In this document: in pieces, positions 28,520-38,243 of the stretch
Numbering within the stretch: position 1 is the stretch's first letter
How the letters are laid out: the number at the start of each line of letters is the position of its first letter
From: an uncultured virus (IMG/VR IMGVR_UViG_3300035130_000143)
Lineage: Duplodnaviria; Heunggongvirae; Uroviricota; Caudoviricetes
Reading direction: 5' to 3' (one strand)
DNA length: 64,000 nt
IMG/VR virus record: IMGVR_UViG_3300035130_000143
Translations under genes and position numbers: made by a program
The notes under the pieces: model-generated
What the model was told of the DNA's origin: nothing
The model's input: only the letters and a program-made list of their open reading frames with translations
Databases searched by the model: none

Positions 28520-29193
28520 AATTCCACCGCCAGCAAACCCAACACCGGCCGGCCTAACCCAAGCTGGCGCGGCTGCACGTGCCGCCTGGTCGGACAGGCT
28601 GCCACGGACGCTACCCAACGCTGGCGGCGGCGGTCTAGGTAGGGGGGCATTCGTCAACCCCCCGCCAATTCTCAATCAACGCAGTCAATTCTTGGCTGGC
28701 AATGAGCAACACCGCCGTTATAGTTTCCATCCTAAAAATAAGCTCGTCTTGAGTCAGGTCGGGACGACACGAGTGCTCGATATTTACTCTCGCCTCGCGG
28801 ATGGCGCGGCGCAGCCTATATGCTTGTTCTTGATGGTCCATCGTCTCTCCTTTCTGGGGGCGCGGCAGTCTAGGCAGTTCACTTTAATACCTGCAAGCAG
28901 CCAGCATCGTCGTACACCGTTAGTAGATTATCCGACGATAGCGGACCACTCAAGATTTCCCTGGCCTCTACTTCTGTAATAAGACCCTGGTTGAATACAT
29001 TTTGTACTGTGGCAAGGCGCAGAGAACGTCCCACCGATACGGAGTCTTGCTTGCCCCAAAACGATGCAGCGGGGTGGCGCGGGCAGTCTATTTGGTGATA
29101 TGGTGGAGATGCGCCGCAGTCCAGGCATACATTTTGTGTGAGTTGTCCCAGTTTCATTTTGGTTTCTCCTTTCGCGTTGTCTTGTCCGGGTGT

Positions 29194-29397
29194 TCATTTT
29201 CTCTTTATTCGCATTTCCAGCGTATACTCCAGTGCATCAAGCCACGCCGCAAAATTCCGCATACTTGGCCACGACCGCCCTCGCTCCACGTCGGAAATGA
29301 ACGAGATAGATAGGCCACACTTTTCTGCTACCTGCCGCTGTTTTAACCCCTCGGCCTCGCGCAGTCGGCGCAGTAGCTTGCCTGGATGTTCAATCAT
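29194..29397 (-). CDS. XRE-family HTH regulator
   Basis: LRRLREAEGLKQRQVAEKCGLSISFISDVERG. Confidence 0.9.
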   Translation of the reverse strand: MIEHPGKLLRRLREAEGLKQRQVAEKCGLSISFISDVERGRSWPSMRNFAAWLDALEYTLEMRIKRK

Positions 29398-29693
29398 CGT
29401 AACTCCCGTCTGGTGTACTCGTAGACAAAATCATCCTGCCAGTGCCAGCGCCCGTCTTCGTCGCATTCCTCGACCACCCGCGCTCCTTCTGGCGACAGTG
29501 ACCAACAGCGAAACTCTCCAGGGTGCATTTCGCAGGTGCATAGCCCGTGGCGGCTCAGGCGATATAGCCTTTTGCGTGTGTCGACCTGACGATTGCTGCG
29601 TATTTCCCAGGCTATCTGCTCAAAATCGGGCGCATGGTCGTACATGGCGAATAGTATTTCTATGTCGGTTGAGTCTAGTTTTATCATTGCCAT
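29394..29693 (-). CDS. winged-helix protein
   Basis: LDSTDIEIL...RKRLYRLSRHGL...WSLSPEG. Confidence 0.6.
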   Translation of the reverse strand: MAMIKLDSTDIEILFAMYDHAPDFEQIAWEIRSNRQVDTRKRLYRLSRHGLCTCEMHPGEFRCWSLSPEGARVVEECDEDGRWHWQDDFVYEYTRRELR

Positions 29694-29784
29694 TTCACCT
29701 CATCACAATTCCACCTGCGTCGAAAGCGCCAGGACAGAATGTACGCCACAAACCTGGTAACGGCTGCCGCTTGGCGCAAGAGGG

Positions 29785-30018
29785 TCATTGCTCACTCCTC
29801 AAATACAGCCTGACGGCGCGGATGTGGTCACAGTCGCCGTTAAGCGACTCGCTACATTCTGGCCTATTTCCTGCCTTGCGCCAACACCGCCATCTCTGAC
29901 GAGAGTTGGTAAACACTGTATAAAACCTACGCCTTTCCAGGTCGGCTACATCAAAATAATGTGGCAGGATGTTACCGCGCATATCCAGTGCGGGCTGTAC
30001 TAGCTGACGTTTTGTCAT
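29785..30018 (-). CDS. SWIM-like zinc-finger protein
   Basis: C...CDHIRAVRLYL. Confidence 0.55.
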   Translation of the reverse strand: MTKRQLVQPALDMRGNILPHYFDVADLERRRFYTVFTNSRQRWRCWRKAGNRPECSESLNGDCDHIRAVRLYLRSEQ

Positions 30019-30373
30019 TTCTGCTCTCCCTTGTGTATCGCTTGCTCAGCGCGGTTCTCAAACTCCGGCTCTGACGCGGGCAGTTCTGTCGCCTGTTCAT
30101 AGGCGCTGTCTGCGCACCAGCCGTGCATCCAGGCGCGGCGCAGAGTCAATGGATTGGTACCGTAGACGTTGAACGGGCTTTCTGTATTCAGGCTGTCGTG
30201 ACAGATAGCGCATTTCATCGCACATACCCCATACACCCCCGCCCTCTAATGCCCCAGTTGGAGCAAACCCAAAACCAGCCCCACCAGTCGGACCGGGCGC
30301 GGATCATTGGCGCGCTGCAGAGTGGGCAGGTCATTTCACACGCTCCCCGCAAAACGGGCAGATGGATATTTAC

Positions 30374-30715
30374 TCATTTCTCCTGCTCCAAATACAACCT
30401 GACGGCTTTGATGTGGTCGCAGTTGTTGCGATTCTCTATTGAGCAGTTGCAACACCAGTCGTCAAAAAAACGCCAAACGTGAAAATTTCCGCCATCACCG
30501 TGAGGGACAACGTAATATTGATCATAATAGCGTGATGTCAGCACCGCCATTGCCTGTATTTTATCCACCGGCTGGCGCTCCATCAGTTCCATGATAGCGT
30601 CAGCGGCCTCGTCTACTCCATATAACGAAATCTCAACCTGGTCCAGGCCGCAGGTTTCGCTATCGGCCAACCACCAAACAAGATCGTTGAGGATTTGCTT
30701 GATTTCGTCTTTCAT
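30374..30715 (-). CDS. SWIM-like zinc-finger protein
   Basis: CCNC.....NNCDHIKAVRLYL. Confidence 0.6.
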   Translation of the reverse strand: MKDEIKQILNDLVWWLADSETCGLDQVEISLYGVDEAADAIMELMERQPVDKIQAMAVLTSRYYDQYYVVPHGDGGNFHVWRFFDDWCCNCSIENRNNCDHIKAVRLYLEQEK

Positions 30716-31034
30716 TTCTCCACCTCTGGCACTGGCGGCAGTTTCCACCAGCGCACGACAGCGGACGTAGTGCGCACGCCGTCCGGTGTGTATACCCACC
30801 ACTCGCCAGAGTAGGGATTATAGTATCCTGCGCGTCGCCAATTGTCGCCTACCTCTACGATGATGTCATCCACATCAGCGGGGGGCGTCTCTGCCGGGAA
30901 ACCCTCTACCAATTCTCTCACCCGCTCTGGAACCTCGCCAGGCAGGCAATCGAGCAATTTGGCAGTCTGGTCAATGGCTGGCGCAAAATCAGCGCCTATG
31001 CTGCGCAGACTCGTCGGTTCTGGTCTCTTTCTTG

Positions 31035-31991
31035 TCATTTCTTCACCTCTGGCATTTCGCGCCATTCGCGCCCGTCGAGCAAATGTCCGGCACGCTTTTT
31101 TCCAACCCTAAAACAAATGGTTCCGTCTTCAAATACGTGTTCTGGCGTGCTTGGTTTTAATGTATCATTGGACTGATCCGCACCTTGCCATTCCCCATTC
31201 TGCTTATGGAAATAACTCATCCCTGCCGCCTGGCACTGGTCACGCAACGAACGAAACCAATCAGGGTGTGTCGGGCGTGCGCCTGGACCAGTCTCGCCGC
31301 CGACAATTGTCCAGTCTAGGGGTTGTTCGCCGGGATAGACCGGTCCGCTTTCCGACCACCAATCATAGCTGCTTGCGCCTATGTACTCTTGCAAGCTGAT
31401 TGGCCCTAGTAGCGGCTCGCAACTCACAAACCGCACTGCCGCCGGCGTTTGCAAAAGTAGCGGTATGCGCTCGTCGGCGGTCTGTTGGTTCTCAGCCGTG
31501 ACGCCAAGCCAGACGTTGGGAAGCGGCCAGATTACATCACCGTAATTCATTGGTCTGCCACACGTTCCAGATAGCCTAAAAAACAGCCCACGCATAGACT
31601 CCCAGACCTTGCGCCGTCTGAAATTGGTTGTCAAAAAATCTAATACACGATGCGGTCTTTTGGTCAAGACTTGAAATGTGTGTTGACCGCCCATCAGCAT
31701 AACGCCAAAGACCATGTTCAGAAAATCGTCATCAACGTTTCTATGAAACAAATCACCCATCGAGCACACAAACACCATGCGCGGCTTGCGCCACTTCAAC
31801 GGTTCGACTAGCCGATCATGACGCAACGTCACCTTGAAATTGTCCGGTGTGGGTGGGTAGCCATAGCGCCCGGCCAAACGTCTACTCATGCGCTCTGCGT
31901 AGCAGTTGCGGCAACCTGATGAAATTTTGGTGCAGCCGTGAACGGGATTCCACGTCTCGTCCGTCAACTCAATTTTAGTTCTTGCCATCAT
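31035..31991 (-). CDS. DUF5131 (phage Gp37/Gp68) radical-SAM-like protein
   Basis: TWNPVHGCTKISSGCRNCYA, FVCSMGDLFH, LTKRP, RFVSCEPLL, IVGGETG. Confidence 0.9.
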   Translation of the reverse strand: MMARTKIELTDETWNPVHGCTKISSGCRNCYAERMSRRLAGRYGYPPTPDNFKVTLRHDRLVEPLKWRKPRMVFVCSMGDLFHRNVDDDFLNMVFGVMLMGGQHTFQVLTKRPHRVLDFLTTNFRRRKVWESMRGLFFRLSGTCGRPMNYGDVIWPLPNVWLGVTAENQQTADERIPLLLQTPAAVRFVSCEPLLGPISLQEYIGASSYDWWSESGPVYPGEQPLDWTIVGGETGPGARPTHPDWFRSLRDQCQAAGMSYFHKQNGEWQGADQSNDTLKPSTPEHVFEDGTICFRVGKKRAGHLLDGREWREMPEVKK

Positions 31992-32926
31992 TCTTTCCTC
32001 TTGGGTCTTTCTTGTGCCGCGTCTTGTTCCATATTTCCCAATTCTCAAAAAAGCGCTGCTCGCGCTTACTCAATTTATCCCACGCGCTCGGCTCTGGCTC
32101 TGGCGGCGCGTTGAGCTTGTCGTGCGCCGCCCGACACCTGGCGCACATAACATCGCCCGGTTCTCCGTCACGAACCACCCACACCGCGCCGTCCTTGAGT
32201 TGTACGCCCTCGCAGGGATAGCGGTCCCCTGGAGAACACAGCGCCCGCGCCTTGTCCATACTGTTGTCCACCACGGGAATGTGGACAATCGGTGGGCGCT
32301 TCCACGAATCAGGGCCGGAGCGGGCAAGGACTTTCATTGCTCTAGTGCAACTGGACGCAGTTTTCAGGAACGAATATCAAATCTTGCTGCGCCACGACCA
32401 CCAGACTGCGCTTGAAAAAAACCTCATGGGCTTCAAGGTCGTTCTTGGCCTGACGACCACGCCAGACGCAGGGCAGAAACGGGCCGCCGCGATAGATGAC
32501 GGTTCGGCGCGCTTTGATCTCAGAGCGCAACTCATCTCTATCCATTGACTGGCCTGCCGATAACCAGAACCTTCCTCGCGGGCGTTTCTTCCCCTGACAT
32601 GAAATCGATTCTACGCTCTATGGTTTCTGGGAACACATGTTTCACAGGAACCAGTTTGCAGACAAGAGAAATGTCGTCAAATTCTTCTATTGTTACGATA
32701 ATCTCACCGCCGTGCTCGGTTCTCAGTACTGTCAGTTGTTCTATAAGAGTATCCAAAGTCATTTTGTGGTGCTCCTTCGTAACCCTGGTTGCGTAGCCAT
32801 TCGGCCACGCTATGCTTGCGCAGTTCGGCGTCAGTTAAATCGTTGAATCTTTCGGCCACGCGCAGACGAATAGCACGCCTGGTCTTGGTGGAGTAGCGCA
32901 CGCCGTTGATGAGACCAACAGCGGCC

Positions 32927-33364
32927 CTAACCATCCTGTCCAGGCAGTAATCCCGCCAGCGCCTTGCAAATCGCCAGCGATAGGCTTGCGTCCAATGCAG
33001 TGCTAATTTGCCGACCGTCATGCCACAGCCCAGCAAACCAATTACCATGAGGGCGATTTAGATCGGGTGTCAATCCACGCTCGTCACACACCCGCTCAAG
33101 CGCAGCGACTGCCAGGTTACAGTCGCTTGAGTAGAACGGTACGACTTCCAGACAACTAATGAGATGTCCCAATACTCGCGCCTCGCCTTCGAGCGGGTCA
33201 TCGCAAAAGCAATTATTTAAATAGACTGGCTGCATGGCGTTTCCACTGCCATCGCAGGCAACCACCTGGTATCCAGCGTCAGGCATAATGTAGCATTGAG
33301 CCTCGCCCAGTATTTCCAGGCCAAGCAACTGGGCGATTTTTACGTCAAGCTCGCGTTTATTCAT
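32927..33364 (-). CDS. phage ABA-sandwich-like protein
   Basis: ELDVKIAQLLG...VPFYSSD...LAICKAL. Confidence 0.6.
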   Translation of the reverse strand: MNKRELDVKIAQLLGLEILGEAQCYIMPDAGYQVVACDGSGNAMQPVYLNNCFCDDPLEGEARVLGHLISCLEVVPFYSSDCNLAVAALERVCDERGLTPDLNRPHGNWFAGLWHDGRQISTALDASLSLAICKALAGLLPGQDG

Positions 33365-33759
33365 TGTTGCACCCTCTCCACGAGCTCCACCCAGTCCACG
33401 GCTAGCGTACCGGGCGGGGCGGGCATGATGTCGAGCGGCGCAAGCCCCAGCCAGTCCATTGCCCAGAACCGGCGCACTAGATCGGGGTCGCCGTGGGTGT
33501 TCATGAGCAGCCTGTCAACCGGGCAGGGGGCGCCTGCACGACAAGTCCATATCTCGCGGCGATCACTGCCGTAATACTCCAAGAACGCCTGGGCGCTCTC
33601 TAGTGTATCAAAGACCAGCAAGGGGCCATTGGGGCTGCTGGCGCGCTCGCCCTGCCTGTAAATCACCACCAGGTCACTGTCGCCCACGACGCACGACCGC
33701 ATGACGGGTGTAAGCCCGTCCATCGTCACCACTTTGTAGTAATAATGAGGCTCGCTCAT
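33361..33759 (-). CDS. hypothetical protein, tandem paralog
   Basis: shares YYKVV, SSP.GPL, WTCRAG and AP.GTL..DWVELVERV with the upstream gene. Confidence 0.65.
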   Translation of the reverse strand: MSEPHYYYKVVTMDGLTPVMRSCVVGDSDLVVIYRQGERASSPNGPLLVFDTLESAQAFLEYYGSDRREIWTCRAGAPCPVDRLLMNTHGDPDLVRRFWAMDWLGLAPLDIMPAPPGTLAVDWVELVERVQQ

Positions 33760-34151
33760 CGTTCTACCCTCTCTACCAACTCTACCCAATCAGCCAGGAG
33801 CGTACCCGCCGGAGCGACCGTGATAAGGTTGGCATTAAACCACTCGCCACGCCAAAACTGAGCTACCTGCTCTAGTTCGAAGAGCCAAAACGAAATAAAA
33901 ATAATTCGTTTGGTAGGGCGGACGCCGCCAGCGCGGCATGTCCATAGCTCTGCGTCGTATTCAGACATAGCCGCGTCAGCCTGGGCATGTTCTAACGAAT
34001 CGTAAATGAACAGTGGCCCATGGGGACTCGATGCTCTCTTGCCGCATTGATATTTTACGCGAATGCGTGAATCGCGCACGTAAATTGAATATTTTTCGTT
34101 GCCAGCATTGGGTTCGCTTGATACTATTTTATAATAGAGCTTGTGTGTCAT
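33756..34151 (-). CDS. hypothetical protein, tandem paralog
   Basis: paralog of 33361-33759. Confidence 0.65.
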   Translation of the reverse strand: MTHKLYYKIVSSEPNAGNEKYSIYVRDSRIRVKYQCGKRASSPHGPLFIYDSLEHAQADAAMSEYDAELWTCRAGGVRPTKRIIFISFWLFELEQVAQFWRGEWFNANLITVAPAGTLLADWVELVERVER

Positions 34152-34408
34152 TCTCTTGCTCCCACAAATATGGCTTCCATATGCCCAAAAGTCCATTACA
34201 ATACGAGACCATCTTATAGCCCACCAGGTCCATAACGCGCTGTGCCGTCGCGCGTGGCGGGCAGTCTTGCTCTCGAATGTAAGCCAGGGTATAGCCCTCG
34301 CCATCTGGCAATTCAAATACAGCGGCGGGGTTAAATAGAGCACAGGTATAAAATTCTTGTGCTCTTTCTATTGTAGGTTGAGCGCCGCTAAACCATTTTA
34401 TATGTGTG

Positions 34409-34576
34409 TTAAGCGTCATTCTCTTGCTCCATTCCCAGGTCCAGCGCCAGCATTATCACGGCTTGCACGATGAACTTGGAGCGATTGAAACCCAGGCGGC
34501 GAGCATAGCGCAATGCTCGCCAAAAGTCGCGGCGCATTGACGGCTGAACGCTAATACGGAATCTATCGTTTTTCAT
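34409..34576 (-). CDS. small RHH-like protein (55 aa, not in the ORF track)
   Basis: RFRISVQ...ARRLGFNRSKFIVQAV. Confidence 0.5.
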   Translation of the reverse strand: MKNDRFRISVQPSMRRDFWRALRYARRLGFNRSKFIVQAVIMLALDLGMEQENDA

Positions 34577-34985
34577 TCAAGTTGCCTCTAGTGTGCATCA
34601 AAATCACACCCAGCCAGTTTTTGCCCTCAATGTTTTTGCATTTTGGGCAATCGCAATTTCCCCACTCATTATCATGCCAGGCATTGCCCTCAGTGATTGG
34701 CTCGCTCCCGGTCAAGAGTAATAACTGGCGCAGCCAGGGAATCTCAAACTTCTTCTGCACCAGATCATACATTACTAGATACTTGATTTGCTCCCAGTCT
34801 GGACGCAACGTACACTTTCTACCTAGCTTTTTCGCCAGTGCTGGCGTAGCTGCTGCAAGGATGGCTTGACGCTCTATTGGGTCAAGTGTTTTCGCTGCCT
34901 GGAATTTGTGCTCCACCGTCAATTGTCCATCGTGATGATAGAAATTCGAAAATGGCAGATATTTACCTTGAAACCTATCAATCAT
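34563..34985 (-). CDS. NADAR (YbiA/DUF1768) family hydrolase
   Basis: FSNFY, TVEHKFQAAKT, AKKLGR..LRPDWE, L..TG....EGN.WHD..WG, GKNWLG..LM. Confidence 0.9.
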   Translation of the reverse strand: MIDRFQGKYLPFSNFYHHDGQLTVEHKFQAAKTLDPIERQAILAAATPALAKKLGRKCTLRPDWEQIKYLVMYDLVQKKFEIPWLRQLLLLTGSEPITEGNAWHDNEWGNCDCPKCKNIEGKNWLGVILMHTRGNLNEKR

Positions 34986-35062
34986 TTTTCACCTCTACTC
35001 TATCATAGCACAATATGGGAAAAAACACAATACTTCACAACCTTAAAATTTCCCAAAACCTA

Positions 35063-35091
35063 TTGACGCCGTTGTCAATCCATGATAGAAT
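35063..35091 (+). promoter_or_regulatory. sigma70 promoter TTGACG-17-TAGAAT heading the ncRNA block
   Basis: near-consensus, at the strand-divergence point. Confidence 0.75.
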
Positions 35092-36441
35092 GTATCTGCT
35101 CAACCGGGGCGCGGCAGACACCATAGCGTGCAACGCGAGACGCCCCGGTTGAGTGAAGGGGTCAACTCGGCGGTAACAGGTGTGTGACGAGGTAAATGAG
35201 GCCGAGAGTCAATGACGGCACACCGGCCCCTGGGGCGCGGCAAAGGGTTTGTTCAGGTTTCCCTGACAGGCTAACGCCAAAACTGTCGAGCTAATATGCC
35301 AGCCCGCGCCCCAACTTTAACAACTGGTTCGTCAATCGCTCGAATCGCGGCGTGCTCATGGATTATCCCGACTTGGAGCGCAGGGGTTGCGGCGCTCTGT
35401 CCTGTCACATGGAAAAGGGGTTTAGCAACGGCCTTCCCCAAGGCGATGGTTGCTTTCGCGGCGACTTAGTAGTCGCCAAAGGTGACAGCGCGGCGCGATT
35501 CGAGCGGCGGATGAGCCACAAGGACTGACGCGCGAGATGTAGGGGTTGAATCCGGGATTACAATTCTGTACTAGGTACAGATTTGCCGTAGGTGAAAAAG
35601 GGATGCCAGTGGGGTGAACCTGGCCCGCATCAGTCCTTTAATAATCTGATTCGCTCGAATCGCATCGCCGGTGGAGCGTCTGCTATTGTTGACTGCCTGG
35701 GGCCACGTTCGCTTTAGGAGATAGCAGAAAAACCTAAACAAGTGCAAGCTACACTTGCTAAAGTCGAAGCCATAGCACACATTGACGAGCGCACAAGCGC
35801 CAGCAACAGAGATGGATAGACAATAGCGGCGATGTGATTCGAGCGGCGGATGAGCCGTCTTTTGGCAGAGTTGGGAAGTGTTTGCTCACCAAGAGTTTGG
35901 AGAACGCCCGTGAGGTATAACGCATTGACCCGTCGGCGGATGTAAACACGCAGGTGGCGCGGCCAGGTTCATGCGGTTGCTAGAGTAAAACTAGCTCTAC
36001 CCTGTGACAGCCCGCAAGAAATTTCAAGGCAAAGCCGCAAGCTCAAAATGTCACCCGCGCCACACTTTAACAATTTGCTGCTCTGTTCGTGACTAGTCGT
36101 AGCCTGGAAATGCCCAGGCTTGACGGCAGAGCGGCAAAACACAGGGCGTGTAGCGCGCCAGTCTGCGAGTGACATAAATCTAGCAAGCGCGTTGACACAT
36201 GGTAAAGCCAGTCATTCTGGTGAAGCGCGTTCAAATCGCCAGCGCCCCACATCCCGCAGCGGTGAAAGTCCGTGGCCTATAGCTAAGGCCGTGGTGAATC
36301 TTAGTTAGGTGACGAGAGCGCGAAAGCGTGGGTAGCCCTAGCAAACGGACAGTCGGGGATGACAACCGAAAGCCGTGCTGGTTTCCGCAGCAAAACAGGA
36401 CGCCCCGCCGCCGGTCGGTCAAGAGAAATAACCGGCAACAT

Positions 36442-36512
36442 AGCGCGGTAGAGTAACGGCTACTCGGCGGTCTCATAAGCCGCACAAGCGGGTTCGAGCC
36501 CCGCCCGCGCAA
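36442..36512 (+). tRNA. tRNA-Met(CAT), initiator-like; CCA not encoded
   Basis: cloverleaf: AGCGCGG/CCGCGCA, D-stem GAGT/ACTC, anticodon loop CTCATAA, T-loop TTCGAGC. Confidence 0.85.
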
Positions 36513-36854
36513 CTATACCCAACAGCCCAGTCGTTCGTACCGTGGGTGTCGGGAGCGGCGGTATCCTGGGCCACTGCTCAAATTGTCTACTAGAGCCTTT
36601 GAAACGAAATGCCAGGACGGGAGACAAGGGCATCAGCAAAGCGGGGAGCGTTCTAGTTAAGCTCCCAACGGTTGTACCTGGCGCTCGACTGGCTACAGTG
36701 GCATGTGACCAGCCGCGCCAGTTTTTAACAACGCCTCATTAGTAATAGCTTTGATGAGGCAAAATCGGAGCGCCGCGTCTGCCCAATACAGACGCGGCGT
36801 AAACAATAGAGCGCCGCGCCAGTTATGGCAACAGGCGCGGCGCTGAAGTTATCG

Positions 36855-36928
36855 CTATCCCCGCTCCCGTACTCCACGTAATGGATTTCGGAAATGTTGC
36901 AAAAGAGACGGGAGCGGGGTGGTTTTTT
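36855..36928 (+). terminator. long hairpin + T run ending the ncRNA block
   Basis: CCCCGCTCCCGT ... ACGGGAGCGGGG then GTTTTTT. Confidence 0.6.
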
Positions 36929-37041
36929 GGGAGATGAAATGGACCTGCGATATTGGACAAAAAAGGTATTAGAAAAATGCGATCCGACGAGTGAACCGGT
37001 CTAGGAAGACAAGGAGCATGCCTGGGACAAGGGGAAGCGAC

Positions 37042-37377
37042 ATGGATAGACTTGACGAGATTCGCGCAAGACACGAACGCGTCATGGAGTGGTCGAACAG
37101 ACGCCAGCGCGGAGTATCAACTGCGCGTGAGGACATCGGTTATCTTCTGGGGCTTCTGGTAGAGCATCCCGCGAGCGAGCCGCCTGGGGACAATCGGGTG
37201 GTCATAGTGCGCGTGAGTGGTAAGCGCATGGCCGGGCTGTATCAGCGCGGGCAGTGGTTTGTGTACCAGCGTGTTGGCTTTGCTCCCAGGGGAGATGTGG
37301 AAAGTTGGCAAGAACTTCCCCCGGTTGAGGGCGTGTGTACTCCGAGGGCACAAAGGGGTTATGATGGCAAAGACTAA
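37042..37377 (+). CDS. hypothetical protein with a DUF551-like C-terminus
   Basis: PASEPP...V.SWQELPP; paralog at 30712-31038. Confidence 0.55.
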   Translation: MDRLDEIRARHERVMEWSNRRQRGVSTAREDIGYLLGLLVEHPASEPPGDNRVVIVRVSGKRMAGLYQRGQWFVYQRVGFAPRGDVESWQELPPVEGVCTPRAQRGYDGKD

Positions 37378-37612
37378 AAAAGAGCGGGTGCGGGCGCTGA
37401 TCCTGGCGCGGCGTGGGCAGAATGTCAAAGCGCGTACCATCGAGGATGATTACGTTATTGCTTACGACGACGATGTTTCTCGGTCCACGGTGGCGAGCGT
37501 GTTCCAGGAACTGTGCCAGGCTGGGCTTGCCTGGTGGGGATGGGGCGGCGGGCGTAATGCGTGTTGGCTTGTGTGTAGTTGTGATTTGTTTACGAGGTCG
37601 GAAGATGAATGA
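37361..37612 (+). CDS. winged-helix-like protein, paralog of 3977-4222
   Basis: TKKERVR...VSRSTV....EL...GWGGGRN. Confidence 0.65.
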   Translation: MMAKTKKERVRALILARRGQNVKARTIEDDYVIAYDDDVSRSTVASVFQELCQAGLAWWGWGGGRNACWLVCSCDLFTRSEDE

Positions 37613-37724
37613 ATGGACGCCGAAAGGCCGACGCGCTATTGAAGTGCTCTCACGGTGTAAGTTTTTGCCTGGGAGCTATGACAAGCGGTTCGTGCGCGCA
37701 ATGGACGAAAGGAGACTATGAGAG

Positions 37725-38243
37725 ATGGACTTGAACGATTGGGCGCAAAAGGCATTAGAGAAGTGCGATCCGGCAAGCAAGCCGGTTTCGCTATACTGGT
37801 TTGAGCATGTGAAATATGATTCGGATGTGGACTGGTGCTATGAGTGCGCCATTGCCCTCATGGAATATTTCAACGGCGAGACCGAGCGCCCCGAAACGGT
37901 CTGGGAAGACGAGGAGATTCCCGATTGGTCCCCTGGGCCTGATAGCGTTGCTCTTGCTGGCGGCTGGGCAATCGAATCGGACACCGCGAGATTTTGCGCT
38001 CGGTGCGGGCGCAGGCTGGAATTTTGCCCGACTGACTATTTTTGCAAGAGTGAGCTGGAATATTATGAGAATTACACCCCCAGGGGTGACTGGCGCAGTT
38101 TTCAGATATTCCTGGATGCAATGGATGAATACTGCGCCTCAGGACGGGACTGGTATTCGCGGGCATTGAGGCTTGCCGAGAAATACCTGGGGACCGAAAC
38201 TATTGACCGGTGGGGACGGCGCACAGTTGAGGTAAAAGGCTAG
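37725..38243 (+). CDS. hypothetical protein
   Basis: 172-aa ORF. Confidence 0.65.
   Translation: MDLNDWAQKALEKCDPASKPVSLYWFEHVKYDSDVDWCYECAIALMEYFNGETERPETVWEDEEIPDWSPGPDSVALAGGWAIESDTARFCARCGRRLEFCPTDYFCKSELEYYENYTPRGDWRSFQIFLDAMDEYCASGRDWYSRALRLAEKYLGTETIDRWGRRTVEVKG

Larger units (their letters stand above)
35099..36930 (+). ncRNA. cluster of unidentified structured RNAs
   Basis: no credible ORF; numerous long closing stems; promoter upstream, terminator downstream. Confidence 0.65.

Noticed and set aside
35232..35312. Resemblance to a c-di-GMP-I riboswitch (GGCAAA...ACGC.AAA...CTAA.TATGCCAGCC)
   Set aside because: Lacks the GNRA-capped P2 and a convincing P3 and is not upstream of a CDS; needs cmscan
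35712..35820. tmRNA-like tag reading frame
   Set aside because: No tRNA-Ala-like ends and the peptide lacks a hydrophobic/AA degron tail
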